From contig JALDTO010000266.1 of the NCBI GenBank assembly GCA_023515725.1, forward strand, positions 1,093,580 to 1,157,579: a stretch of DNA of 64,000 bases, read 5' to 3'. The translations under genes were made by a program, and so were the position numbers. Positions 1 through 12,040 of this stretch are shown here, one piece after another. The notes beneath the pieces are model-generated. The model worked only from the letters and a program-made list of their open reading frames with translations. It was not told the origin of the DNA and did not search any database. Numbering within the stretch: the first letter of the stretch is position 1; each line of letters starts with the position of its first letter. The stretch comes from Amoeboaphelidium protococcarum X5. Lineage: Eukaryota; Fungi; Aphelidiomycota.

Positions 1-13
1 CAGAAACAGTGAC

Positions 14-2560
14 TTCAACCAGCTCAACCAACTCCAACCAACAAAGAACGCGCATTGTTCGCTTGCGTTTCACGCCGTTTCAACCTTCTAAAACGGTTAC
101 TCTCAGCAGTAAAATGGATACCACTAACTCCGATGGAGTCTAGAGCTTAGATTCTGATATGTTTGCAGAGGAAGAAGACTACGAAGGGTCTGTATCTACC
201 GACGAGGAGGATGATGCTGATGAACCATACAGTGAGAACCGTCCTTTGTCTGGAAATGCAGCTTACGCTGCTGAACGCAAGAGGCGAGTCAGCAACAAAA
301 GGGACTCTGTAAAGAAGTAGAAAACAAGCATCCGCTAGTATCGTCTGGAAGACGATTACATGGATGCGGCTAATTCTGGTATCCGTGACGCTCTGGCGAG
401 ATACAAGCTGGAGTAGAATGTCGATGCTACGCCGTTGTGGGGCAACAGGCCGTTATCAGAGAGATCGGTATCCACTTATTAAAAGCATTGGAATGGACTC
501 AAGTATTTCTGTAAGCTGATTGGTGACTACGAGAGTCTGCTTATGCTGCTAGATCGAGCCACCGATGGATGTCCTGCCATGAAGCCTGAAACCATTGCTA
601 ACTTCATCAGATTCAATCGTTTCTCACCAGACCAAGAGCTGATTGGTCATGACGATCAACCTGTCAAAGATATCTTTGGCAATGTTGTGCTTTGTAGGGG
701 TGGCTGGAATGATCCGAAGAATGTAGAGCAGTGTAACACTGCCATAACGGTTCTGCACGAGGAGCGTGGCAATCGTGGTCAGTTCATTGAAAGTTGCAAA
801 CTCTGCTTGTCGGAGTTAGAGAATGGCGTGAACCATGGATGTCGACGTCATCTTATGAATCCGTGTGTGTGGCGAAAAGGGGATCCTACCTAGTCTGAGA
901 TAGTGCAAAATGCTTAGCGTTTGAGCTCTCGCGCTGGTGCTGCTTACAGACCTGAGGGCGATAGTCCGTTGACACCTTACGAGCTGAGAGATTTTGGAGA
1001 AGCTTGTATGTCAAACAACAAGTTAGCTGATTACCAGCTATTTGTCATGGTTTTGATTGGGTGTAAGCTATTTCTCCGTGAACATGAATTGGCCCAGCTG
1101 AAGATACCCACCAATAATGATCGCGAAAACGTTAATTGTGTTGATTGGAACATGTCAAGCGTAACACCATCAGGCGATGTTAAAGCTATTGCTTTTACAA
1201 TAATGGGTAAGTCTGACAAGGTTCCTGTCACTCTGTTTCTATGGGCCGACAACGAAGTGCCTTCAATGTGTCCTGTCCGACATCTGCTCGTCTACCTTCA
1301 TCTAATCAAACTCAAGAAGGGATTTCTATTTCCGAGCTATAACTGCCTTTAAAATCTGTCTAACAACAATGGTATAGCACTTGAGGCTGTGCCTTACGAT
1401 TACGTTTTGCGTCGTTTTAAAGAAGTCTGCAGTAAAGTCATATCTAGGGATGGTAAGTTTGGCACTCACTCGATGAGGAAAACTGGTTATCTTCTTGGTG
1501 TTTGGGGTAATGGGTCAGAATCAGACATCATGACAAGTGCTCGCCATAGCACAGTTAAGCACTCAGTGGCTTATCGTAGGGACGCTGAGATAATGAAGCA
1601 AATTGCTCTTGACAATGAATTGGACATTAATGAAGTATGTGGGAAGTTTAGGCCGATCTTTGTTAGCAGTTTATAGTTGGCAAGAAGTCTCAATATGCTG
1701 AATCAGACAAGCCATATCACGCTGCCTCAACTTGCTGACGATTTTGTTCAGCGCAGATGCGGTTTTCCCTTAGATGCGCCGACGAGAACAGTGCGGGCGA
1801 TTGTGAAGAGGGCTGTTGAGGTCGAGTCTCTGGAAACTACTAAGCAGAAGCTTGAAGCAGAGCTATCTGATCTGCCTCCTCATAAGAGAGAAAAGATCAA
1901 GTCTTTAGTGCAAAAATTGGTGCTGGAACTGCGTTATACTGCTCAGACGCCTCAAATGCCTGCAGACGATTTTGATTTGGCTTTTTAACCGGTCTCTCCC
2001 TCTCGAAATCGTACTATAGTTGGTAATTCCGATAGTCATCGCTCGTTGACGTTAAGTGGTGGCAGCACTGGTATTTTACCCGAGGAGATCAGATAGGCCG
2101 GGTCCACGGTGAAGAAAAGAGGTGGTACTAATAATCTTGATGACAGACTGACTATCAGAAATTTAAAGTCCACTCAAGAGAAGCTCGATGTCATACTAAG
2201 ACTCGCTTAAATCATACCACAGGATCACAACGAACTGACAGAAGGCGCACGTGCATTTGCGAACTAGATTCGCTCTATATTGAATTGTCTCAAGAATCAT
2301 TTCAATGGCAGTGTGGATCAATTCGCCTCAAAGTACCCCAAGCTGGCGCCCTCGACGTTCAAAAATAAATGTAGTGGTGATGGAGATTAATGCCCAGATT
2401 AAGCTCCGAATCAGTCATGAATTGGTGAGATGATATACTATGGAGATAATTGACAAAAATTAATTATTTATTATTATGCCACTGATATTTAATCGTGTTT
2501 TGTGTAATTAACACTAATTGTTTTCGTTTCGGTTCGGGCGCGCGCGAAAGTTTTCAACCA
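14..2560 (+). mobile_element. Putative Crypton-like YR transposon bounded by TTCAACCA direct repeats
   Basis: Single YR gene, no RT or DDE domain, no TIRs. TTCAACCA at 14-21 and 2553-2560. Boundaries are inferred. Confidence 0.55.
114..2420 (+). CDS. Tyrosine recombinase (Crypton-like), 768 aa, intronless
   Basis: ORFs at 543, 921, 1389 and 1677 share one frame and are separated only by TAA/TAG; ATG 114 to TGA 2418-2420. Catalytic set: LFLREHE (R), MGKSDK (K), THSMRKTG (HxxR), ARHS (H), VAYRRD (Y). Confidence 0.9.
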
Positions 2561-2673
2561 TCAACCGTGTTGTGTAACGACACTTTATGTAAAGCATCTA
2601 GCATTAAGATTAAAGTTAGGTGAGCAATCTGAGACTACATTTTGTTGTTATACACTTTTTCATAAGCTTTCAT

Positions 2674-3612
2674 TCATTATAACTGTTTACACACTGCCTC
2701 TGATGTTTTCAAGTATGAAGAAAGTCCTCCAACCTCGAGGCGACCATCAAGTTGTAAGCCTTTCACTTGAACTTGGCTGCAGCTGTTGACCAAGTACGCG
2801 ATAAAACTTCCCATAGAATCTCGCAGTTTGAAATCCTATTACTCTACTGAATTGAGATAAACTTGCAACTCTTTAGTCGCAGAAGGCTTAAACACGTAAA
2901 AGCACGGACATGCATTATTTTGGCCTGCCTCCACTTACTACGGCTTCTCGCGGAACTTTAGTACCATCTAAGTTTTGGGATCTACTTGGAGCACTCCTAC
3001 TGATAAACACTCCTCCAAAGGACACTTATAGTACGTCAAGTATACATCTAAAGAATCGTTAGCACCAAATTCAGCGAGAACTTGCCCCATATTAAACTTG
3101 TTAAACTCATCCAACTTGAAGATTGTGTCACCTGCAATCACGACAATATTGTTAGATACCAGGTTGAAATGCTGAAGTCCAATCTGTAGATCTCTAACAG
3201 CTCCTAGTCGTTCACTATTACTTTAAACACCATTACTGTAGACATTACGCGTCGGAACTCCCTTGTTCAAAGCCCAAGCAAGAAACTATTGGTAATACAG
3301 ACTGTTAGTGATCACGAAAATATCCTCAGTGCTGACAACAGGAGAACCATCGTTGCTGCAGAGCAATACATCGAGCCAATATGAAAGCAAAGAGTCAAAC
3401 TTTCCGACGGGCAGCAATGCTTTAGGCAACGACAACAAATGATCATACTTGGAACATTGACCGTTTAGACGCGAATATTCTATGATGTCCTTTTACAATC
3501 TTGTGCCAAATCCTACATGTTCTAACAGTTCTTAGTAAAACTATCCTCATATAATGATTATTCAAATAGACTTGCCTGCACATAGAAACACAAACTTGGT
3601 TTGTAAAGTCAT
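2674..3612 (-). CDS. Sugar-1-phosphate nucleotidyltransferase (NTP_transferase family); one GC-AG intron at 3513-3575
   Basis: Spliced N-terminus FLCAG|FGTRLQKD, then PKALLPVG, RLGAVRDL, VIAGDTIF; TGA at 2674. Confidence 0.85.
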
Positions 3613-3826
3613 TTTCAAAAATTTTATAACTGTAGTAGAAACTTGGATCTTCGTGCCAAATGCGGCTAATTGTTTAAGCACGATAAAGCAGAAGATATGA
3701 AAAGTAAATGGTTTAATTGCCCACTGACAGACAACATATAACGCGTAAATCCTCTACTGGTATGGCCGATTTCGAAGCAATATAAAAAATTCAAGAAGGA
3801 GTGGTCTTGTAAACGTTGAATTTCTA

Positions 3827-4201
3827 TCACACATCATCACCGAATATAATCGTGTAAACTTCCGACGCGACTCCTCCTTTAGCTCTTGCCTCTTCCGTTA
3901 TCTAATACAAAGTAACAGATTCACCATTGTCATTTGAATGCAATTGTACCAAGAGCTTGCCTTACGGTGCAGAAGCACTAGCGTTAAATACCTAAACAAA
4001 GCGCTCTGCCTATTACGGGTCATCGCTAATCAGAAGCTCTTCAATATCATCCACTGTCATTTACTCACGCGACTTGGTCTTATTCTCAAGCATGTCCAAC
4101 AGTTTTCTCAAATCATACACATCAGAGGTCACTTCAAATTCCTGATTCCCATAATCAAAATGGACAATGGTGGGCTCTTTTCTTCTTCTTCTTCTTCCCA
4201 T
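3827..4201 (-). CDS. Hypothetical protein, 124 aa
   Basis: ATG 4201 (MGRRRRKEPTIVHFDY...) to TGA 3827 under TAR=Gln; in-frame TGA upstream fixes the start; no recognisable motif. Confidence 0.55.
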
Positions 4202-4344
4202 TATTGCGCACTTTATTACACCGTGCAAACGCTACCATCAGCGCTTTACAGGTAAACGGGTGTTTAAAAATGTACCAAATCTTTGCTAAGCGGTTCTCTC
4301 TTCCTCCCTTGTTTTATCATTGTTTCAACAGGCATTAAACACTG

Positions 4345-5304
4345 ATGACATTCAATCCCCATCAATATAATATGAAGAATAAAATCTTATGGCTTAAAAC
4401 TGACCCTATTAAGTAAAGAGGTTGGAATATTCCGTCTAAACCAATGAGTCTTGATGATATTCGCCAACTCTTACGACCAGAAAGATTAACAAGTATCATG
4501 AATGCTATTCCCGCAGAGTCCTCATTTCATGCCAAAGCATCAACTAAATCTGAATAGAAGCTGTAATAATTTAGGCGTAGTGCAGCAATTCTTTTACCTC
4601 TTTGTGATGTCTCAACATATGACCAATCTGGAAATTTAATTTCATCCAAGATTCCGTCAGTGCTGTTCACAGTTAGAAATCTCAAACTTCGATCGCATGC
4701 TGGTGAAATTGCTTTCCCAGGTGGACTTCATGATCCCACTGATTCTCGTAATAATCATGGCACATTGATAAAAATGGATTAAAGCGTAGATTTAAAAGGT
4801 AAATAGCATCTGCTCAGTACCATGGCCAGAGAAGTGAGTGAAGAATTGCAGATTTCTAAAATGCATCTACTTGGCAGTCTTTAAACAGTTCCCGACAAGA
4901 CTGGATCTATAGCGGTGACTCCATTTGTCGCGCATGTTGGTGAAGTTAAAAGACAGCAGAATCAGACAAGTCGTAATTCATTAGAGTATGTGTATGATGT
5001 AAAATATAATCAACCAGAGATATGTCATGTCTTTTCGCGGTCTTTGAGTGAGCTGCTAAATCCTGCTAATATTGCGTATTAAAAGTTTCGTGGTAATGAT
5101 AAACTCATTGTTCCGACATTTAAAGGTTCGCAGATTCCGCGCCATCTCCTGGCTGATTACAAATCGCTGGGTGAAGATCACTGTTATTTGAATATTTGGT
5201 CTAAAGAGTCGGTGGAAGAACAGCTGGATGCTGCAGAGCATTTTCGTATCTGGGGCCTCACATCATGGGTCTTGTATCAATTTCTAAAGAATCTAATCAA
5301 GTGA
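4345..5304 (+). CDS. Nudix CoA diphosphatase (NUDT7/NUDT8/PCD1-like)
   Basis: AAILLPL, SVLFTVR...LRSHAGEIAFPGG, REVSEEL, VTPFVA, IWGLT; TGA 5302-5304. Confidence 0.85.
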
Positions 5305-5410
5305 TATACTCAATTTAAAGCAAACACGTTATGAATATTAAAGATCAAAGTATGATGTTGATTATATACATATAGATCACTTAAAGGCAATCTTTCAGAG
5401 GTGACACGTA

Positions 5411-6664
5411 TCAAGTACTGTGTGCAATGATATTCCTGATATCTTCGACCCAGCGAAGAGCTTCCAACACGGGGAGGAAATCGAGCAGAGACTCATCGAT
5501 ACTTGACATGATGAAACTATCAATTAACAGCCCATTCTTGGGATACAACTTCATGCTATTTATACTATTATCCAGCAATACGACTCTCTTCATCAATTCT
5601 TCCTTTTATTCATCAGTCAACTACCGCCGCCGAGTGTGGGATTAACTCGACTGCTTTCTACTACTCGAACTATACCCAGATTAGATAGCCAATCGCTTCT
5701 ATGTACCATCTTAATTGATATTCAAACGTCGCCTATGATGATGATGGTGTCGCGCGTATGATCCATTCCACTTGGTCACAGCGTGCCAGAGATCTTTCAC
5801 GTATATTATTACCGGGTGGGTGGACGCGATATGACAATCCTCCCTATAGAATCGCTGTAAATGTCTGGAGAACTTTACACCGCTTACACGTTCTAAATGA
5901 TCTATGACTGCATCCGCGTACTATTGCACAGAGGCTGTGAAAATACACAGATCATACCACTGATGTAATCGCTATAAAAAGTAAATCACATGAGGCCGGA
6001 AGTAAACTTGGTACAGAATAGGATGATTATTAACAGTAATTTCTATAGTGAGTTCAGGAGACATGGTATTCGCAGCATATTCATAATGATTGTATTAGCC
6101 TCGTTGACGTGCCGATCGAGAGGACTGCATTGATGCCGAATGGATAAGAGTTTCATCAAGATCTAAGATTAATAACTTTCTACCAAGTTTAGATTCGTTC
6201 ACGGAGGAGAATATTGCATCTGGCAGCTAATATTAGTTTTAATGATTATTCTAATGAAGATGCAGTTACTCGCTAGCACTTTCATTACCTTCTATAGAGC
6301 TCTCGTACCCAGGCCCCTGGTTCACAGACGGTAACTACTTGGTCTATCTCTACTATTCCTAAATCAAATGCTATCGCTTTCGCTTTACTCTACCAGCAAT
6401 TTTACTCTGACTCAATTATTGTCTAATCTTATCCAAAGCATCCAAATTAAGATCAAGCCTGGGCTACTTCACGTAAATGTCCCCATACAACATCAATCCA
6501 AATCTGCGACCAATACGGATAACGAATATCCTGACTAGAATGAAGCGACATAGCTCATACAGCAGTACAATGACATGCTTCACCAGATGAATTATGGTAG
6601 AGGCAATATACAATATATTTAAATACAAGTACGTATAGAATGGCATATTCCGGCATTGAAGCAT
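5411..6664 (-). CDS. NEM1: NIF/HAD phosphatase, NEM1/CTDNEP1-like, with hydrophobic N-terminus
   Basis: LILDLDETLIHS, RPHV, IFTASVQQYADAVID, LLDNS, LLDFLPVLEALRWVEDIR; N-terminal hydrophobic segment. Confidence 0.8.
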
Positions 6665-6958
6665 GAATTGCAATTTCTTCAGTCAGAAGATTAAGGAAAT
6701 GAAATGATCGGCAAGGCGATGGTTTTGTGGCCGTGAGAGAAAAACACTGTCAGCCAGTTGACACAACACGAAACTCGAATGGCTCGATTCAATCATCAGA
6801 TCAAGATCACTTACACGCACATACTGATCTCGTTGCAAAATATAAAGTTACTACTGATTAAAAGGGTATTGCCATATGCGAAGTACTAAGAATTGATTAT
6901 AAAAAACAAATGTATTTCTATCACAGCTAAACATCATTGCAAAGCAAGTACAAGGTAA

Positions 6959-7699
6959 TCAATTCCTATGTAAAGACGTGGAATCATGCAGGGGACACTT
7001 CACAGACGACACCTTGGCAAACCATAGCCGTATACACTGCAGGTGATACTTGCAAAGACAACTGAGTAGAGCTATTGAATCGCCAACTTTGAAATCTTCC
7101 AAGCATATTCCACACTCTTCCGTGTCTGGCCTCTTATCATAAGACATTATCACATAACTGGTCTGAGGAGACACGGTGGAGTTGAAACACGATTCCAAGT
7201 GCGATTACTACCGCGTACTCTACCAACCGGCAATTGATATACCACAAATGGGACACTGCTTCATACCATCACTAATATCCCGTCTTTACCGGCCTCTAGA
7301 TTACTATTAGTGAGCCGGCCTACGTTAAGAAATCGCGTGATAAGAATCAGCGATTAACTCGTCATCTATTGATAGACTTTGCGGACGATGATAATGTGTT
7401 GATTGATGCCTATCTTCAGCATTATGGGAATTTTTAACCATACCTAGTTGACTTTTACAACTATCACAAATTCTTAGTCGCTATAAATCATCGTACTTGT
7501 GTGGATGCTTTAGGAAATACTAATATTCGGCACTGGAGACTGATATACGGTTATTAGAGCAGTTGTGACAGAATATCAATCCACACAGGCGACAGTGATG
7601 CCTTCTGATAAAAATCCCGAAATATAATCCACAATCATTACAGCATTAAACTTCATCATCTCTCTACCACCTCTATCTCTAAATCTAAGTACCATTCAT
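6959..7699 (-). CDS. PIB1: FYVE + RING-H2 E3 ubiquitin ligase (Pib1-like)
   Basis: FYVE motif WQRD...CNDC...RRHHCRLCGLIFC; C-terminal ECGICLEDF...CLCKYHLQCIRLW...CPLH. Confidence 0.88.
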
Positions 7700-7935
7700 A
7701 TTTAATTTTCAACTGAATAGAATAATAGATGCGAATACTTGTTTAAAATTGTTGTGGAGATTGATGATAAAGAAAAGTGTATTCTCTCCACCAGTCAAAG
7801 TGATCAGATCACCTGACTGATCAAACAAAGCCAGCACTTAGACATTAATTTAAGTGAAAATTGATAACAAGAAATTAACCTTTTACTGTTCATCAACGCA
7901 GAAGTAATAAAGTAAAATACCGAGAATCTTAACGT

Positions 7936-9423
7936 TCACCAGTCATCGTCTTCATCTTCAGAGCCACTATCTTCGTCCTGAACTGATCCACCCATCGCTG
8001 CCTGACGACTCATCAGAGCCATTTTCAACGCGCTGGCAACATCACCACCACCGGCTCCACTTGCAGCCAAGTCTTCATTAGAAGTCTTCTAGTTAGTTTC
8101 TCTTTCAGCAGCAGGTTTGAGTACAGACTTGCCGCCGGAGCGGATAGCATCCAGCAGAGCATTACGTCCATCTCCCGCATCACTGGATGGAATACTAGCT
8201 TTAGGAGCCTTTGCAACAGGAGAAATGTTGGTGGCAGGTGGAGACAATGGTGGCATAGGAGGAGGCGCAGGAGCAGATGGTACGCCTTGTTATGGGGCAG
8301 CGTAACTCTGCTCTTGTGCTTATTTAGACACCGGCGGCTGAGGAACACTTCTACTAGGCATTGGTGGTGGAGGCGCCGCGGTTTATGGGGCACTTACTTG
8401 AGGCTATGCGCGTCCCGGTACAGGAGGTACCTGCCTATTAGGAACAGGCGGAGGAACTCTAACAGCAGTCTGCAGTTATTAAGGCTATGGAGCGGGCGGC
8501 TTCACAGGAGGTGGACCTGGAGCAGCTCTGCGTGAATCTACTCTCTCTGTAGTCTGGGGTTCATCCACACGCTAAATTTATGGCGGTCCTGGAGGAGCTG
8601 CAGCAGATAAACCACCACCACCACCGCCACTCTCCTTGTAATTGCTCATGAAATCAAAGATAAACTTTGCGGTACTTTAATCCTTCAACTGTTCTTCCGT
8701 AATACCAGCCTTCTCAAAAACTTTATTCCACTCTGGAGGGACATTGACCATATTGAATCCACCCTCAGCACTGTATCCCACATGAGTCAGATGGCGAAAG
8801 TTGGACGGTTAACCAATCTACGACTTATCAATACGACCACCACCACCGCCACTCTTCTTCCCCTTCTTGGCTGAAGATCCAACACCTCCTACGGCTCCAC
8901 CGCCACCACTACTTACAATACCGCCAGACTGTGGTCCAATACCAACCCCAGAATTCTATCTAGAGCCAACGGATGATCCACCTGATGGACGACTGTTCAA
9001 TTTCAAATTATCTCTATTCATCACCTTGGAATAGAAACTTATAGCTTCATTCTCATCAGCAAAAGACAATCCATACATCATATCATCACCACCAAAACTA
9101 TGGAACCATGCTCTATCCTGGCGATAACAATTCTGATTAGCTGGCGAACTGAAATCCCTATACAACTCCTACTCCCACACCACCTTGCCAGTATTCAAAT
9201 CAACCATACGGAAGAAGAATGTATTCATACGTCTAGTATCCTTCATGAAAGCGATGGCACCAGTCAAAGCATAATTCCAATCTCTATTAGATACTGAATG
9301 AGCAGTAGCCACAGCGGTGGAATAATACAAACGAGCAATAGTAGCTGTGTAGATTTAACAGTCATGGCCAATCGCAGCTCTGATAACCGTCTTATCCTCA
9401 GGCAATAAAGTAGCACTAGGCAT
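7936..9423 (-). CDS. WASP: WASP/Las17-family actin nucleation-promoting factor (WH1-CRIB-polyPro-WH2-CA)
   Basis: WH1 (TIARLYY...FHSF...GLSFADENEA), CRIB IGQPSNFRHLTHVG, proline tracts, WH2 RNALLDAIR, acidic end DEDDDW-TGA. Confidence 0.92.
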
Positions 9424-9689
9424 ATTGCTATATTGTTAAATTATATATCAATTAATGTATTCAAATAAGTCTCTTTGTTGTTGATTAGTCGAACCTTATT
9501 GTTCTCACCTTCAGAACAAACTATGATGAAAGAGAGAAGAAAGAGAATGCAAGTTGATTAGCATTGATTTTACGTCGAATATCGTTATTAACTGTGATTG
9601 AACCTCAAGGAATAAAAGAGACATCTATAATAAAAAGTCAAAGTAACATGACACTAATTTACAATAGTCTATAGGTACAGAGATAATCA

Positions 9690-10331
9690 TCAAAGTTCAG
9701 AGTTTAGACGCTGGTACCGTTAGAGAGAGTCAAGCTTTGACTGCAGACTGAGATAATCAGAATTGTCGAGAGCGTGAGATAGCGCTTTACTCTTACTAGA
9801 AATCTCATCAATATTGTTCAATAGACGACCCACTTCAGACTCGGCATCCTACACGATACCACGCATCTTGCCTATAGTCTTGCCAGCAGTGATAAACTTT
9901 TCATAATTCTCATATACCAGCGTTTTCATATCGCCGTCCAGATTCTTACACTCTTGAATTAAATTAGTCTACGTGGCTAGTAATGTTTATAAATTCTAAC
10001 TCTTGAGCAGGAATGTAGTGTATTGTTCGACATTAAAATCTTTTTAATCCATGATTGACTCTAACAGAACCGGATTACTAGCATTTTGGTTAACATTGCT
10101 ATTCAGATTACCAGTGCCGAACGTATTACTAGATGATGATACACTGACTTAGTCTTCACTTATTGTGGTGGGTGATGTTGTTTGATCAGATACAGCGGCA
10201 CCGGCTTACAGGCCATAAAAGTCTTTCAATCTACTCCGACTTCTCCTCTTATCGTCTTCATTCAATTATTACCTTGTAGGGGATAAATCGGCAGAATCGC
10301 TCAAGTTGGGAATACTAGAATTTCTGCTCAT
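9690..10331 (-). CDS. VPS51: Vps51 (GARP subunit), short form, 213 aa
   Basis: RSRLKDFYGL and KNLDGDMKTLVYENYEKFITAGKTIGKM; TGA at 9690. Confidence 0.85.
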
Positions 10332-10692
10332 ACTAAGTTATCCTTTTAAAATTCTGCTATGATCACTAATTTATCCTAATCCGTACGATATAAAAAAAAT
10401 TCCAGCTCTCACAACAAAGAGTGAAAGAAGTGAATGATCTTCTTCTTGATCAACCAGCTGACTGATTTGACCGTTTCAGATTTCTGGTTTTGGAGAAGAA
10501 ACTGTTTCTCTCGTTTGTTTCATTTCTTCTCTTTCATTACTACCATCATCAGCAATAATATACTCTCATTTATATATTGGTGTTTATCCTCATCATCATC
10601 ATCATTATAGTTCTTGATAATTAACTCTTTGGCTTCAGATTCTTCCTGATTTTGAAGCTTCTAAATCTAACGTCTTGAAATTTGTGTAAAGT

Positions 10693-11943
10693 ATGGAAGT
10701 GTTTGAAGAGATATTCAGGTACACTGTAGAGTACCTGACTCATGAGCACAATAATCACCAAAATCACTTGTATTAGCATGATGATATATACGTGGGTAAT
10801 AAGAAGGGATTTTGGGGACCGTCGAGTAGTACTGTGGACTGGTGTGAAGTGAATTATGAGAGATCGTATTATATTGCAGAGTTCTTTAACACTGTATCAT
10901 CGCTGGCTATGGTCGTGGTTGGACTATGTGGAGTGCTGTGGCATTTGCGTGTTCTGGAGAAGAGATATCTGCTTGGACTGGCTGTTGTCTGTGTAGTCGG
11001 CGTTGGTAGTATATGCTTCCATGGTACTCTCCTGTTTGCTTTATAAATGTTGGATGAATTGCCAATGATATACTCGGCACTGATTATGACTTTCTGCGTA
11101 CTCGAGCACACCACACCGAAAGGTTAGCGCAAGTATCCATGGCTTCCATATATTTTGACAGCTCACTCCATCATGACTACCGCTTTAGTAGCATCTCCTG
11201 CTTTGTATCCCAAGTATTCCTCGCCTCTACTCCAATTCGTATCATTTCATTTATCATTTGCAGCTCTGGAACTATTCCTCATCTACACTGTGACTAAATG
11301 GTATTTTGAAGAGAAAAAGTAGCGGTAATTATAAGTTGCCACTTTATAATAGAAGTCCAGTAAGGATGAGAATAAGAAGGAGACCTAGAAACTTGATGAT
11401 ATGTTGACACTGCATCTGCGAGGATTGGCATTGTGGCTGATTGGAATAGGATGTTGGGTGGCGGATTATTGCGGATGTGAGTACTTGTGGGAGGGCGGAT
11501 AGTCTTTTAGATTGAAATATCTGACTTGGAAGTTGTCTCTATAATTCATTGGATTACCGCGTAGATCTCTCATTCTATCCGTTCCCAATCCGTAATTACA
11601 TGCTTGGTGGCATATCTGTGCAAGTTCTGGTCTTTACATGATGTGCATCATGGTGGCCTATAAGCGATTATTGCTTCTCGGCAAAGGCAATGAGGTTGAA
11701 ATAAGGTACTACCTCGGCATTGTGCCGTACATCTGTCAGTTGTAGACTATTCAAAAGAACAAGAGGTAAATTGGTGGCGTCAGTTCGTAATCTAGCAGTA
11801 TAAAGAAGGCTTAGAATGAAGAGAAGAAGGATGAGATTGTTGATGGTGAGATAATTACTGCAGATGTTAATTATGGTGGTAGCTAGTAGCAGAGCGATAG
11901 CAAAACTAGGAGACGTAAAGGATCAGTCAAACGTGCAAAGTGA
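10693..11943 (+). CDS. Alkaline ceramidase (ACER3/YPC1-like)
   Basis: GFWGPSSSTVDWCEVNY, AEFFNTVS, GSICFHGTL, LQMLDELPMIY, QLHAWWH; TGA 11941-11943. Confidence 0.92.
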
Positions 11944-12040
11944 CGAATAGCATAGAAGAGCTTTGATGCTATTAGTTTATAAATAGTGATATTATTACAA
12001 TTGTTTTATATAATCAATCATATTTCAAAATTTTAAATAT

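Noticed and set aside
43-76. Resemblance of the YR left end (GAACGCGCATT...TGCGTTTC) to the array dyads
   Set aside because: The match is too short and CG-biased to support a link between the recombinase and the array.
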